DNA from: Podarcis filfolensis
Lineage: Eukaryota
Direction: 5' to 3' (one strand)
DNA length: 64,000 nucleotides
Assembly (NCBI GenBank): GCA_964270895.1
Contig: OZ185437.1
Below, one piece after another: positions 39,766-54,037 of this stretch; the stretch's first letter is position 1; each line of letters begins with the position of its first letter. The notes under the pieces are model-generated. The model was not told the DNA's origin. It made no database searches and was given only the letters and a program-made list of their open reading frames with translations. A program made the translations under genes and the position numbers.

Positions 39766-40260
39766 CTGTGATGGCGTTTAGGATCAGGATGCTAAAATAC
39801 ATGAATGTGGGATCTGAGGCTCAGCATGAAGATAACCTGTATCGAACTCTGCTGTTTGCATAAAGCAGCAGTTGTTATGTCTCTTGTGTGACCGTAAACA
39901 TTATTTTTGAAGAGTGTAGCATCTGGAATTGCCGGCCTCGCATTCATTCCACTTTAGAGTATTGTCTGATCTCCAGGTTATTTACGCCTGAGATGACAAT
40001 TTATTTGGCAACAGGTTTGATGGCCTGATCTGCTCTTATAGTGACAGCCTGTTCCCTCATATGTAACCTGAGTTCTCTCAGCTGCATCTTAATCTCATTA
40101 TTTCTCATTCATTGACCAAATAGCACAATTGACCCTGCTCCCCTGTTCGGTTTCTGGGTCTGGCAGTGCACAACTTTTCCTTGTCTTTCTAGACTTTCCC
40201 CCCCACCATACTGTGTTGGACCATCCTGATCTAGAGGGTTACCAGCATTGGGAAGCTATT

Positions 40261-40584
40261 TAGGGGTCAGCAAACTTTTTCAGCAGGAGCCCGGTTCACT
40301 GTCCCTCAGACCTTTTGCTGGGCCGGACTATATTTGGGGGGGGGGGGAAATGAACGAATTTCTATGCCCCACAAATAACCCAGAAGTGCATTTTAAATAA
40401 AAGCACACATTCTACTCATGTAAAAACACCAGGCAGGCCCCACAAATAACCCAGAGATGCATTTTAAATAAAAGGACACATTCTACTCATGTAAAAACAG
40501 ACTGATTCGCGGACCGTCCGCGGGCTGGATTTAGAAGGCGATTGGGTTGGATCCGGCCCCTGGGCCTTAGTTTGCCTACCCATG
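40261..40584 (-). mobile_element. hAT-type non-autonomous element with an internal ~71-bp-period tandem duplication
   Basis: Inverted homolog of 27093-27350; CCCCACAAATAACCCAG...CTCATGTAAAAACA occurs at 40367 and again at 40438. Confidence 0.78.
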
Positions 40585-41739
40585 AGTTACAGGCTCAGAG
40601 GTGTGAGGATTGGCCTGAGGGATGTCTCTTTTTTTGGAACTCTGGTGCACCGATTCAGTGCTTGTTAAGCCATATGGTACCCATACCCAGCTTATGTTCG
40701 CCTAATAGCCCATACAGAGGAATCCTGAAGTAATCTGCCCCAGGAAAGGATGCATAAGATCTTGCTTAACATTATACGGGCATTACTTCCTGTTATTTAT
40801 TTATTTGGCACTTCAGTGCCAAACCGGGAGCACAGGACAATCAGCTGCGAGCGGCTTTTCTTGCATACAGTTGCAACATGGCTCAAAGTAACCTATGGTG
40901 CAACTAGACAACAAAGTATTGGGAGAACCCATCACACAGATCTTCCCTTACTGTCGGGTGGTGCTCTCCAGATGTGGTTGGACTACAACTCCCATCAGCC
41001 CAATTCTGCATGACCAGCAGTGAGGGATGATGGAAGTTGTAGTCCGGCAACATCTAGTGGACATTTTGTTGACTGCCCCTCAGTGTAGTTGTCATGAGCA
41101 TCACCCACCAATCTGGGGGAAAAGGGACATTCAGAAGTTTGAATGTAGTCTTAGTTTTGTTGTTTAAAGAGGTGTGCGTGCACGCACGTGTAAGAGAGAA
41201 GTATATTCTTTTAATTATTTGTTTTTCCTGTGCTGACTGCCTTGAATAATTTGATGTTAGGGCACTGAATTATCTATTGAAATTGTACAACTTGTGAGAT
41301 AATAACCTCCACTATTGCCACAAAAATGTGGCTTTTTCACAATGATGCAACTTTTTCAGTGTTCTTCACCTGATATCTTCGCAGCACTTGCTACTGCGCT
41401 GCTTCATGTTGTAGATCTAGGAAAAGCTTGCAGGACTGCCCTGAGTTCATGTTACCATGCCTAGTCCTAAAGGCTGATGCAGAATGCATATTTGCTCATT
41501 TTTCACATGTTGAAAGTGATCTTTCATTGCAAGAAAGAAATGTGCTGCTAACATGGTTTTGTGACACACAAAAAAGCCCCTGTGAAACCAGGCCAGTTTT
41601 GTAATAATTTATTACAAAGGCACACACTATAGTATAAAAAGTGCAGAATAGTCTCTCCTTGCAATTAGAAGTGCCATGCAGCAAGCTTTCAATTGGTTAC
41701 CATGTGTTTCCTGATGGTCTGTATCCTCTCCTGTAGCCT

Positions 41740-41822
41740 GATCCTATGCATGCTTACTCAGAAGTAAGTACCACTGTGTTCAGTGGCGCCTACTCACAAG
41801 TAAGTGGACTTAGGGTTGCACC
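41740..41822. repeat. Short palindromic interspersed repeat family (also ~27995-28070, ~38575-38660)
   Basis: ATCCTATGCATGCTTACTCAGAAGTAAGT...ACTCACAAGTAAGTGGACTTAGGGTTGCA hairpin-like unit recurs three times; class not determined. Confidence 0.55.
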
Positions 41823-43879
41823 ATTATTTATTTGTTTATTTCATAAAATTTATATACTGCTTGATTGTAGGGGGGCGGGGAAACTTCCCAAGTGGTTTAC
41901 AGAAAAGAATAGTTGCAAAAAGCAATAATATACGTTGTAGATGCAATAATCTAATTCATCATTCTGTTCTGTTTTTCCTTCTCCCACAATGGAGTCTGTG
42001 ACCACACTATATGAAGAAAGGAGGTGTGCTGTGCCCATGAATTTAATCTTCCCAGTGCCATCAGAAAGAATACAGTTCTGAAGGTTTGAGGCATCTCTGA
42101 AAGATAGGTCTTCCTAGCCAAGATGTGGCTTTGCCACAATCCAAGATCTGAAAGAAGTCACTGTTTCTCATAGCTTTCTCTTCTGTTCCTCTGCTCACAT
42201 TGCCTGTGGAGTTGCATCATTAAGGAGTCCCGCAAGGGGGGGGGGGGGGAATCTGCAATCAGTAACAGTTTCTTCTGACTAAATAACATTTAGCCACCTA
42301 TATAACACTTCCAGGAACTGCTGAGGATCTGTGATCCCATGTTGCTTTTCGGTGGGTGCCACTTTTATCAAGCACATTTCTGTTGTAAGCACAACTTTCA
42401 CATTTTTGCTTTGCCTGAAAAAGTTTTTTTTTAAATGTCCACCCTAAGCGTACAAGTAGAAATGCTCTTTCTGAATCAAATCTTTCTGAATCAAATCACA
42501 CATTCTTGGGACTCTGGTAATTTTGTGGATCACCCACTGTGATTTTATTTTTGTATACTGGTTTGTAAAATGAAAGGGAGGGGGAGGGAACCTACACGTA
42601 CACTTGGAAAGTCATTTTTCATCAGTGCAAGATGTTTCTACCACAGTCATAGCTGTTCACTTAAGGGGGGGTGAAGAATATAGGTAGAATGTGTCCAGAT
42701 GATTTAGTATCCATATCACTTACACGATTCAAAGAATCCCTAGTGGCACTGTCAGCTGATGGCTAATGAGGCCTGATGTTGGATGGCATTCCATTAATCA
42801 ATCAAGGTAAAAAATGCTTATTTATTTATTTTAAAAAGCTGGCCTAGACGCACAAATGAGTCTCCAGAGGCAAGAGAAGCATATTCATAGGACCAGGTGA
42901 TAAAAGGTGCATTCTGTCCCCTTTCAAAATAATATGAGATGATTTAGTGTTTTGCTTTTCTCTCTTGCTAAGCAACAATATTTCCCTGGTGCTGTGGGGG
43001 GGGGGGATGCACAATGAGGTGCATGTGAATTATATAAAAGCTTTTCCACATCAGCCTTTCATGGTTCCACAACCAAAAGAATTAGGCAGATTGAAAAAGC
43101 TGCAACAAAACCCTCATAAAATATTTTAAGTTTAATGGAAAACGGCATTTGGAATGTTTTGTCCAGCTCCACTGAATTTGCAAGGTGTCAACAAAGCATA
43201 GCAATTTAAATTTGTTGTCTTGGAGGCATTTCATATGGATGTTGCAATGCAAAGTAGACATGCATGGCTGACATTTATTTTAGGAATTTGCAGAGGATAG
43301 AATGTCCTCAGACACACTGGATTAAAAAAACAAAACAAAACATCTTCTGCCTTGGTGCGAGTTCTGAGCCACCTATTTCTTTTACTTCATCTATTCGTTC
43401 CTGTGAAGGGAAATGCTGCCTGTTGTTTTTGCTAAAGGTGCTGTGAGATCATTACGGTTTGCACAAACAGAGGACGTTCTGCTGTTTTACATTCGCCACA
43501 AACTGGGGCAGTGCCATAACCGTGAAGATAAAATATGTTTTATACGTTAGAGATCTGTAATGCTCTGGAGTCTAAAATGGTAGAATAGTGTTTAACCTTC
43601 GCCAGAATCCAATACCAAAGCTTCCTTGCCGGATAAAATAACATGCTCACTTATAGAAATTCAGTTTCTGGGTCATCATTCTAGAACAGCAACACAAATC
43701 ATCAACCTAGTAGTAGAGGTCCAAACTAAAGAACTAGCTGCTACTCTGTTTATTTGTTCTGATAATAGAACTTGGGTTTGTTTGTGGATTTGATGCAGGC
43801 TGCGCACAGTTCTGATCATAACTACTCTTTCTGATTTAACTTGCCATCTCTATTGATTTTGTGTTTTACATCTCCATTA

Positions 43880-43881
<2 letters not shown>

Positions 43882-43919
<38 letters not shown>
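43882..43919. repeat. (GT)n microsatellite
   Basis: Seen directly. Confidence 0.95.
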
Positions 43920-43920
<1 letters not shown>

Positions 43921-44338
43921 CATTTATATCCTGGTCTTTCTTCAAAGAGCCCAAGGTAGCAAAAATCAGCATACCCAATTTTGTTCTCACAACAACCCTG
44001 TGAGGAGAGGGGGTTCCCACAGCCAAATGCAAAAATCTTTCTCTCTCCAAGAAATAACTCATTTTCTTCCACTTCACCTTAATGGCATTTCATTCATTTT
44101 CTAATTCATTTAAATGCCGAAGCAGCTTCTCCTCACTTAAACTTGTTGCCATGGAAATGACTGGCAGGTCTTTGCTGTCTGTAGGTGAACAGACAAACAT
44201 AACAGGACACTTGTCTTCCTCGCCTCCCTATGACTGCTATCCTGTGTTACCTCCCTCCCTAGCAGGCAAGGCGTACAGAAAGGTGGGTCATTGCACACAT
44301 ATTTCAGCAGCAAAAATGTGTCACACACAAGCACAAGC

Positions 44339-44356
44339 ACACACACACACACACAC

Positions 44357-44398
<42 letters not shown>
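44339..44398. repeat. Compound (CA)n(GA)n microsatellite
   Basis: Seen directly; a similar one at 51755-51820. Confidence 0.95.
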
Positions 44399-44400
<2 letters not shown>

Positions 44401-46616
44401 TGCAAGAAGCACCAGGACAGAATTGGAGGCCTCCCTTTATAATAAACAGGGTAGAGCAGCTGAGAGGAATAATAATTATGTGCAGAACTTCTTAATGAAA
44501 CCTCTCAGGCAAACTAGCAGGTAGGGTTGGATTAAAGCTAGCTTAATGCGCCTGGACTGGTGCTCATACAATATTTTATCCCTTAGTCACTGTATCTTAA
44601 ACTACCTGTTGTCACTTGGAATATACCAGCTGTTAAATAATATGGGGACAAGAAAATGAGCCTAATGTAGAACTAGTATACAATTGGGAAATGGCCATAA
44701 AAACGTAATGCATCCAGAAACCCATTTAGCATCACTAACTTTGCACCTCCCAAATCAATGTCACTGCACTTAGAGGAAAAGCTAAGAGACAGAGCCATTG
44801 CGTGGGAAATGGCTCCTCTGTCATATGCATTCAGTTCAGAAAAGCGGGTGCCGAGTTTGCAATTTTATATGGAAACTACGTGCATTTCAGACCACCTGAG
44901 TCATACGAAGACTTGCATTTTCTGCCCTATCTTCAGAGTTCAAAAGTCTGAAAAGTCTAACAAACAACTTTGTTAAGCCACACCTTGGAGAGGAAGGATG
45001 GCAAGTTGATAGCTCACCCTACCTTTGTTGCTTTGCTATACAGCACAGGTGGGCAATCACCTGAAGCCCCTAAACCTTATTTTCTGTTGCTTCCAGTACT
45101 TCTTGAAGTTGCCCTATTCTGATTTGGAGTATCTTTCTCCCTCTTTTTGGGTAGTTGCAGAACAATTGGAAGGAGACATACCTGATAAAAATTGAAGTTG
45201 GGCAGTTTTTGTTTCACTTTTTCATGGCTTGAGGAAAAGAATCCACCCTGGCTGTCTGAGAAATCGATTTCTGCCATGTGTGTGCAGTACACTAAAATCA
45301 GAAAGGAATTACTCTTGTCCTCCAGAACAGTAGCTGTTGGGTGTTCTGGGTTAAAAATATATAAATCCTCCACATACTTATTTGAGAATAACCCCGTCAG
45401 CCCCAAAGGAACACAGAGAATTTAGTCTGATGTAGCTGTGATGAAAATTGAAGCAGAAGAGTCTTTATTCTGGATTGGTTAATTCAGAACTTTTTTGTCT
45501 CTGGCTCCACCCAGTACTAGCATGTCACTCCAACAGATTACCTCCAAGGAGATGCCGTCTCCAACAATAACAAGAAGATGACCCATCCCTGTTGTACACC
45601 ATAAAATTAGTCTTGGCCAACTGGTGCCCTCCAGATGTTTTGAACTACAACTCCCACCAACTCCAGCCAGCACTGCGTGCTAGCTGTGACTAGTGGGAGT
45701 TGTAGTCCAAAATATCAGGAGAGCACCTGGTTGGCAAAGTCTGCCATGAACCATACATAGAGAAAAGCTAAGTATTGGGAAGAAAAGGAAGAATACCCAT
45801 TCTAGTTAGCAGCTGACAATTAACTCTGATTTGTAACGATCACCTGGCTAGTTGGCCTATGTTTTCAGCATTTCTTGAGACTCGCAACATCTCTTGGGAT
45901 CAGAAAAGCTTCCCCAAGCCTGGGGGGGGGGCGGGAATATGCATGTGTTAGCCATTTTGTTTTTCTCTGTTTGTTATAGAGCAGCCATTTATAGATAATG
46001 CTGAATAAGCTGGGAACAACTCGTAGGGCAGCAGCTTACAGATGTTACAATACTGGCCTGTGACACCCCATCAGTGTTGAGCTAGAGATTCACCAGAGCA
46101 TAAAGCTTAAGAATGTTTTGGAGGCGTTTTAAGGTTTATCTGTTTCAGTTGGCTCTCAGGAGTTAGCACAAACATGAGAGCCTTTAGCAGTATTTACTGA
46201 ATGTCGTATTGAATTATATTGTGGGTTTTTTAAATTCTCTTTTAAAATTCTGTATGCTTTTAAATTGGTACTCAACCTGAGCCTTCAAGGCTATAAATCT
46301 AAAGTATTCACAGCAGCACTGTAAAGTAGTTTTTTATTATTCCCATTTTTCAGATAGAGAAGCTCGGGCAGATAATTATTTCATTTATGTCTGCTAATGA
46401 CTCCGTAGCTGAATAGCCTGAGAAGTCTCAAGACCACCCTCCAGTCAGAGGACAAGTTTGTTGGAGGGAATTTAGGGAATTCTTTTGGTTAGTTATGTTT
46501 AAGCACCCATATGGAGCACTAACCCATTCAGCCATGTGACCTTATCTAGCTCAGATCATCACCAGGACAATTCAACAAGCGCTGCTTTTATTTGATATTT
46601 GTTGCACGTTTTAGAG

Positions 46617-46752
46617 CAGGCATCCCCAAACTCAGCCCTCCAGATGTTTTGGGACTACAATTCCCATCATCCCTGACCACTGGTCCTGTTGGCTAGGGAT
46701 GATGGGAGTTGTAGTCCCAAAACATCTGGAGGACCGAGTTTGGGGGTGCCCG
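46617..46752. mobile_element. Fold-back hAT MITE with perfect 8-bp TSD (relatives near 17390-17490, 22540-22620, 34375-34470, 40965-41070, 45620-45745, 58865-58990)
   Basis: Almost wholly palindromic (CCAGATGTTTTGGGACTACAATTCCCATCATCCCT / AGGGATGATGGGAGTTGTAGTCCCAAAACATCTGG); TTTTAGAG on both sides. Confidence 0.85.
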
Positions 46753-49700
46753 TTTTAGAGTCACAATTAAGAGTCAATTTTACTTTATCTTCTCTGCACT
46801 CTGTGGAGGCAGGCTGCTTTGCAGACATCATACACATTCATTCTCAGATTAAAAACAACCCCAAAGAAACTGATCTCCAATAGATTGCAAGAAGCTGTGC
46901 TTACCATGATTGACTGATGTGGGATCTTGGGCCTTTTCCTGAGTGACTAAAAAGATCTCTTAATTCAAGTGTGCAGTTTTAGTAATAAATTATTTTGTAA
47001 CTTCAACAAGCCAGCCTGCCTCAGGTCAAGAATTAGGTGGTCAGTGGCGAATATCTGATGTTCTAGGTATGTCTCAGGGGGATATTTTATAGTTGCTGCC
47101 ATGGGCATATTTCTCATGCTGCTGCAACTCCCTATGGTTTAAACCACTGGAGCAATCCACTGATGGATTAGGAAGGGGGGAAACACAAGCTTGTAAAGAC
47201 TATGGGGTGGTGTTGTTGACACCTCTAACAGCTGCTGCTGCTGCCACCCAAGATAACCTCACACAAGTATCCTTTCTGATCTATTACGGCCAAAACATCA
47301 AGCAGCTAAAGCCCCTTTGGCCGAGGGGCACTGCAGGCAGCAGAGCCATGGATGGTGGACGTTTGTATCCATTGCCCACAATGAGCAACAGCGGAGATAA
47401 ATCCCGTTCTGACAAAACTTTTCTGTGAGCACTGAGAACAGTTTTTACTTTTCAATATGTCCGTACGACCTAGTTCTGTTTGTCTCTCTCTATGTAAAAC
47501 GGTATATCACAATGTTGCCTTTTTGTTGGAAATATCAAAAGTACAAAGATTGTAAACCAAATCGGTGTAATAAAAGTTCCAGATGATTCACGATGTCTGA
47601 TGTGTGCCTGGCTGACTTTCTTCATAGAGTTTGTAGAGACCCATCAAAAGAGAAGCCACTGTCTTCTGAAAGCCCACCCACCACATTCTGGTTAACATAT
47701 ACTTAATCCTCTGCAGGGTTGATCTTGGGGGAGTCGATTGTGGACTGCATTGCACAGCATGGATTAGCTAATACTGGTGACATCACACCCACCTTCTCCC
47801 TCCCCAGAACATTTTAATTTTAAATGTAAGCAGTTTTTTTAAACAAGGCAAGATTGAATACTTGGGAGAATTTTAGAAAAGGCAGGCATCGAGCACATTC
47901 CAGTGTCATCAGTGAAAAGGCCCACCTATGTGCCAGCAAAAACCCACTAATAATTAGGTCATGACAAGATTAATTAGGCTGCATTTGTTGGTTGATCTTA
48001 ATGTGCTCACCAGCAATGGTGAGGAAGTTGGTCTTTCAGGTAACCTGACCCAGAGTTTAGGGTTTTATATGTAAATAATGACCTTAAAACTTCTTCATGT
48101 TAAGCCATGTTTTGGATTAGTGTTGAATGTGAATAAGTGATAGTTCAGTTCTTCATATATAGAACAATTAAAAATGTGACACCATTGTCATTATGACTGG
48201 GCTTCTGGGTTAGTTAACAGGGCAAGGAGATTTCAAAGGCAACTTTTGCAAGCTTAGCATTACGTAGTAAGTGTGTTTAGAAAGTCACATAGGCCGATGG
48301 AACATACACAGGATTGTGCCTAACGTCTTGAATTTTAGCTATCCAAACAGCATTTCTGAGTTTATGAACAGCAACTGTGTTATGTAAAGCAACCCTAAAG
48401 AAGTGAGGAAAGACAAGATGTGTAGCAAGGAAAACCATTCTGATGGCAATTGTTGTTACTAGGGAAATACTGAGACATAGCAAGAACCTCAGATTATATA
48501 AGCAATAAAGCACCTAGTGGAATTTTAAGTGACTTCACTGCTGTGTGCTAACCTGGGGCAATAGTTAGAGAAAGCCTTTCTGATCCTATCTTCAGAGAAG
48601 CTTGAAAAAGCAGGAGACTTTGGAGGTCAGATCAGGGATGTACCCTTGGATGCTAAAAATGAGAGCCTTCCCATTGCACATGACTGTGACTTTGGAGGGT
48701 GTTGCCTGCCCTCCCCCTAGCAATCATCACTTGACCCTATTACTGAGAATCTCCTCAGGAGAAGGAAAATAAGATAACAACTGCAAGAGACATAACTGGG
48801 TCTTAGAAAGTTTGGATGGCTAAATCCAAAAGCAAATTGCACCCAGGAAGCCATTTAAGTCACAGCAGATTCTGTCACTGGCCTCACATCAACCCACACT
48901 TTAGCAACAGCTAGCAACAGTAAGGCAGATTTACAGTCACAAGATTTAGATGAGTTGCCCATTGGCTTAGGATGATGTGTTAACAGGCCACAAATATTTA
49001 TACTACGTAATTGAACAGATGGAAAAAATACTCTGCCCCTCCCCAGCATCTAAACTAGAACAAAACTCCAGAGGAACAATTGCCGGTACACCTTGAGCAC
49101 GGCTGTTTTGTGATATATCCACAATGCGCACACACCCTTTTGAAGTTTAGAAGTACAATTAATAGGTTTGCGTTCCTAATATACTCCTTGACCAAAGGGG
49201 GAGGGGGACACTGATAATGTAGACTGGTGTGTGCCCTGGGGTATAAACCAGAGGATTGCAGGATGTGATCCTGCAATAAGTTTTGGGGCTTCTGTCAGGA
49301 TTCAGCACCATCAGTTGCAGGGTCAAATGGACAGCTCCCTGCTTTCCCATGTTAATACCACCGCTTGGCCAGGCTGAGAGCACCACTAGACAGTGATGGC
49401 AACAGAAGGCTGAACCTTAGTCATTTTTGGTCTGCTTGCTGTTTCTGCTATTGAGAGGACTTTTGCTTTGGGATCACAAGGGGGAAAGAGGGTTGGTGGG
49501 GTGGCAAAGAGAGAGGAAAAGTTTCATTCAAAGATACACAAAAAAATCAGTGAATTATTAAACAAGAATCTTGTACCTGAAGGATTTTGTTAGATCTAGC
49601 TCACTTTCAACATACTCTGCCTTGCTTAACCTGTTTTTACAGTATCGTTCAGTTCCCAGAATGGCCTGTCAAAAATGATTTTAAAAGATTTAATCAATGA

Positions 49701-50069
49701 TTAATCACCATAATCTAGCTCCATCAGGGTGTACTTTACAGAGTAGAAGAAGTCCCTGCCTTTAGCAGCTTCCGATCTAAAATCTGACAAAGAGGAACAA
49801 CAGAGCAAGAGGAGGAAGGAGTAAACAGGGAAGCCACGTGCTGTCCGTCGCCCCTGCTAGGGTTAGGTCCAGGCTCAGGTGCAATATGACATGGGATCAA
49901 GGGACTTGTGCCACAGGCTTCATGGGAAGGTGAAGAGAAAGGCAGGAGGAAAGGAAGCTATGGCCAGCCAAGATCAAACACAGCTAAGAAGGAACTTCTG
50001 AGCACAATGCTTAGCAGAAATAAAATAGGCATTTAATCTAACATGGTGAAGACAAAAACACAGGAAATG

Positions 50070-50282
50070 TTAGCCTTGTTCGGGGTGTTTTTCTTCAACC
50101 ATATGTGGGACAGGTGCAGAGGGCGGGTGCTGCAGGCTTTTGAATCGGGCTAGTTCCTGGTTGGTCTTTATGGCCTGGTTAATGAGGTATTCACTCTCTT
50201 GGCCCACCTCTGCCAGCCTCAGGTCAAATTCTACCACTGTCTTGTTATCAGTCATGCCTTCCAGCAGCTGCTTCCCTCCATC
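50070..50282 (-). CDS. TCTE1: TCTE1/DRC5, last coding exon
   Basis: Acceptor TTGATTCCAG|; DGGKQLLEGMTDNKTVVEFDLRLAEVGQESEYLINQA...EQG then TAA; candidate ATTAAA poly(A) signal at 50037-50032. Confidence 0.93.
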   Translation of the reverse strand, partial: DGGKQLLEGMTDNKTVVEFDLRLAEVGQESEYLINQAIKTNQELARFKSLQHPPSAPVPHMVEEKHPEQG

Positions 50283-50777
50283 CTGGAATCAATAAAAAGA
50301 CTAGGCTGAAGGTCAAAAACACACATGCACACAAGCAACCCTCGGGTTTAAACCACATTGCCCCAAAGCACCTTGGCTGGTTTGCAACTAAGACCTAAAA
50401 ATGCCTCGAGGAAGGGGCAAACATGCTTCCTTACATGCTATTTTTTATTTACAAAAAGAAAAGACAATGAGATCTCGTGGCGCCCTTAGACAAAGTTATT
50501 ATAGCATAAGTTTTCATGGGCCGAAGCCTACTTCATCAAACATGTTAAGTGAACTCTTAGTTGACAGGTATATAAAGAAAGGTAAATTCAGAGGATGTCA
50601 CTACTGTGATTATAATGAAGTAGTGGTGGATTTACACTGGGCATCCACACATTATTCAACTTCAGTAGTTCTTTTGCAATGCTTGCCCAATATTATCACC
50701 TTATCACCATCTAGAGCGGCAAAAAACCCACCTGAACATTTGTGGTAGGAAAAGTTATCAGATTTTAGCATTTTTAG

Positions 50778-50818
50778 ATTATTATTATTATCATCATCAT
50801 CATCATCATCATCATCAT
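50778..50818. repeat. Compound (TTA)n(TCA)n microsatellite
   Basis: Seen directly. Confidence 0.95.
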
Positions 50819-51761
50819 TTTGCAAATGAGTAAGTATGACCAGCCCAAAACCTTTGCAAATGCAAGTGGTATTGAAAGTGTGATCAGGTCTAACTGCTTC
50901 CATAACATCCTAAGTACAAATCATGAAGAACGCTCAATAAACAGCATGCCACTAGGAGGTCCTATAAAACTGAAGAACTTTCAAAATTATAATAAATCAT
51001 CCTGTACATAACATTTATTAAATGTATATACCACCCTTCATCCAAAGATTTAGAGCAACAAAACTGCCTCTGCCAGTGTGAAAACATTTCATATGCTGTG
51101 CACATATCAAGAGTCCTCTAACGCTCTCTCCAGCACAGAGAATTGGCCAGCCTTTTATTAACCACTGCAAGACTCATAATAGCACAACATTGGAAAACAA
51201 AGCTTGCAATTCCATTCTATAACTGGATTAATAACGTGTGGGAAGTGGTTAACTCAGATCTCACAAGATGTAGACCTGTGAAAGGAACAACCGATTTTGG
51301 TGACATATGACTTCCCTTTTTTGCTTATGTTAATAAGCAGGGGAAATATTTTTCTTCCCCCTCTCAAGAATGCCCATGGAGATGATATGTACCTTGATAA
51401 CTATTGTGACCTATAAGCTGTATGACCTATAAACTGGGTGTAAATGTTCATACCAGAGTTCTTGTTTTTGATGGAATTGCTTCCTTGGGGTTGTTGTTTT
51501 ATTGTTTAAAATTTTAATAAAATTTCCATGGAGGGGGTCCATGGAAAGAGTCCACCTTTTGAGCACTGAGTTACTGGAGCATCCCCTACTCTAAAATAGG
51601 GAGTGCTTGTAGAAATATATTTTTAAAAAATAAAAAAATTGTCCAGTAGCACCTTAGAGACCAACTAAGTTTGTTCTTGGTATGAGCTTTCGTGTGCATG
51701 CACACTTCTGAAGATAGAGAGTGCTTGTGCAGTTAAGCTAGAAATTACTGTTTGACACACA

Positions 51762-51824
<63 letters not shown>

Positions 51825-54037
51825 GTGTTTCCAACATGCTCCTTCAATAACTAACAGTCTGAGTTCATTATGCATAGGCAAAAGAAAGGGATGGCTGACA
51901 GGAGGACAAACAGGGACAATGACCCTGGGGATAGCAGGAGCTTATGCATGGGAACAGATCACAGTGTGTGTGTGTGTGTTAGAAGAGTCCAAGCATGAGG
52001 ACAGGGATGAGTTCCTTGTGTGGAGGTTGCCTCTGAAACCCCGCTGTGCTGAGATTCTGAGGTGCTTAGAATGCGTTGCGCCCTCCTTCCCAGTTCCAGG
52101 CACTTGTCCCTTTAGCCCGAAACTGTGCCTCTTGGAGTAGAGAGGGATGCTCACCAAAGCAAGCAGATTTGTCACCCTCTCCTGTCACCTATTCATCAAG
52201 CTACTGCTGCTTATTGCCAAATGCTCACAGAATGGATGGTGTGTCACGCTCCCCGTTATGAAAGTGTCATTATGACAGTGACATCTTCCTACCTCCTCAT
52301 TACCATGTCAAGAGATGATAAAGTGTTTGCTTAGGCAATTCGGTAAGATTTTGGCATCCTGGGGGAAAGAGACAAGAAGTCATTAACTCCCTCAACCTCT
52401 GAGGCATCTAAAAAGCATGTGACAGATCCAAAGGGAACAGTATTGGCATGGCAAGAACTAAAAGCAGGTGATAGCATCGTGATACATGCACCAGACAGAT
52501 CTTAAAAGCATGTGATGAAAAGTAGAGATTCCTGAGCTGTGACATGGGCTGACATGTCTCTGGAGTGGCGTTCTGTTCTGTATCGTCTTGCTTCTCAACC
52601 CCTTCTGCCCGCCCCGTCCCAGTCTGGATTTAAGAAAAAGTCATCACTCAATTAGATGAAGGATCCTACACTTGCAGACACCCAGAATTTAGTATAATTT
52701 CTGGGGAAATCAATCACACCATCTTCAGAAATCGGAATATTGTCATTTTGTTTAAGCCCATTAGCTACCTGGAATCTGGCGGCCATGTTACTGCAGAAGA
52801 TTGGAAAAGATACAGCAGACCAAGCAAAACCTGCCAATGAACATACAAAAGCTGCTGGAGTTTTCAGAGATTGGATCACAACTCTGAATATTAAGAGTTT
52901 GCACACTTTTATCCACATGAACTGATCCAGTAGAATATTTTGCTTCGTGAAAGATGGGACAAGAAAATCTAAAGCATGCTTGGGTAAACATAAAGCAAGC
53001 AACAAAGACTAATATATGTAGCTCTACCATGTAGAGAGTTGCCAACTTCTCAAAAGACAGCCACTGAGGGTAGGATTCAAACCTCTGCCCTTTGGTAAAA
53101 TACAGGATTTCAGACAGTCCTGGGGCAAGTTACCCACTCTCTGCCTTTGTTGCAAGCACAAACTAGGAAAAGATGGCAAAGCAGCTGGTATGCTATTTTC
53201 TGCGGCAACATTATATAGAAATGAACAGAAATACATTCCTAACAGGTTGCATCAATCACCTGTTGCCACATTATCAAATTAAGAAAAGATGTGTAAAATG
53301 TATTCACACATAATGCTGCAATGTAGAGTTCCTGAACACAATTTGAAACAGCCCATTCCGCAGCAGCTTCCTCTGCTGCTAGGCAGAGAAATAAGAATGT
53401 TCATCCTTCAGTGTAAGCCAGATATATATTCTGGGCCTATTGCTAGCAAACCACAGAAAGTATTTTAGGGGCCCTACAAGGCATTATTGTACATTCATCA
53501 CGATTTGTGCTCATCATACTATCAGGGTGGTTATATATGCAATCACACTTTCAATACCATTTGCACTTGCAAAAGTCTAAGTGTGCATCCTATAGCTTTC
53601 CTGCTAAAATCCCATAATTTTGTATACTACAAATGTTCCTACTCTCTCTCTCTCTCTCTCTTTCAATTTGCAGTACAAAATGGACTGTGCTACTTCGGTT
53701 TTGAGTTAAACACAAAAGTCTGCAAATTAAAAACTAGCACAAGGAGGAGTGGATTAAGCTAGAAGCTCCCTGTGATGTGACCCTCTTCTGCTAGCAGGGA
53801 GTTTAATATTTCCAACCCCCACCTCATTCTCCTACACATGTAGGCCAGTCCAAGTCTATCCCAACCAAAAATTCACTGTGAGATGACAAGCCACTATCTC
53901 CCAGCTTCAAAAGAAACATCATCTGACCTACTTTACAAGGTTGTAAGGATTACTTAAGATAATGCACGTAAAGTGCTTTGAACATTCTATACAAGTGCTA
54001 TGTGCCCATCCCCCTTGTAGGAAAAGAGATTGCGTAC

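Noticed and set aside
49301-49338. Split REST/NRSE site (TTCAGCACC ... GGACAGCTCC) near the neural gene TMEM151B
   Set aside because: The half-sites are 19 bp apart rather than the canonical 2 bp, beyond the spacing I would accept, and lie 25 kb from the promoter.
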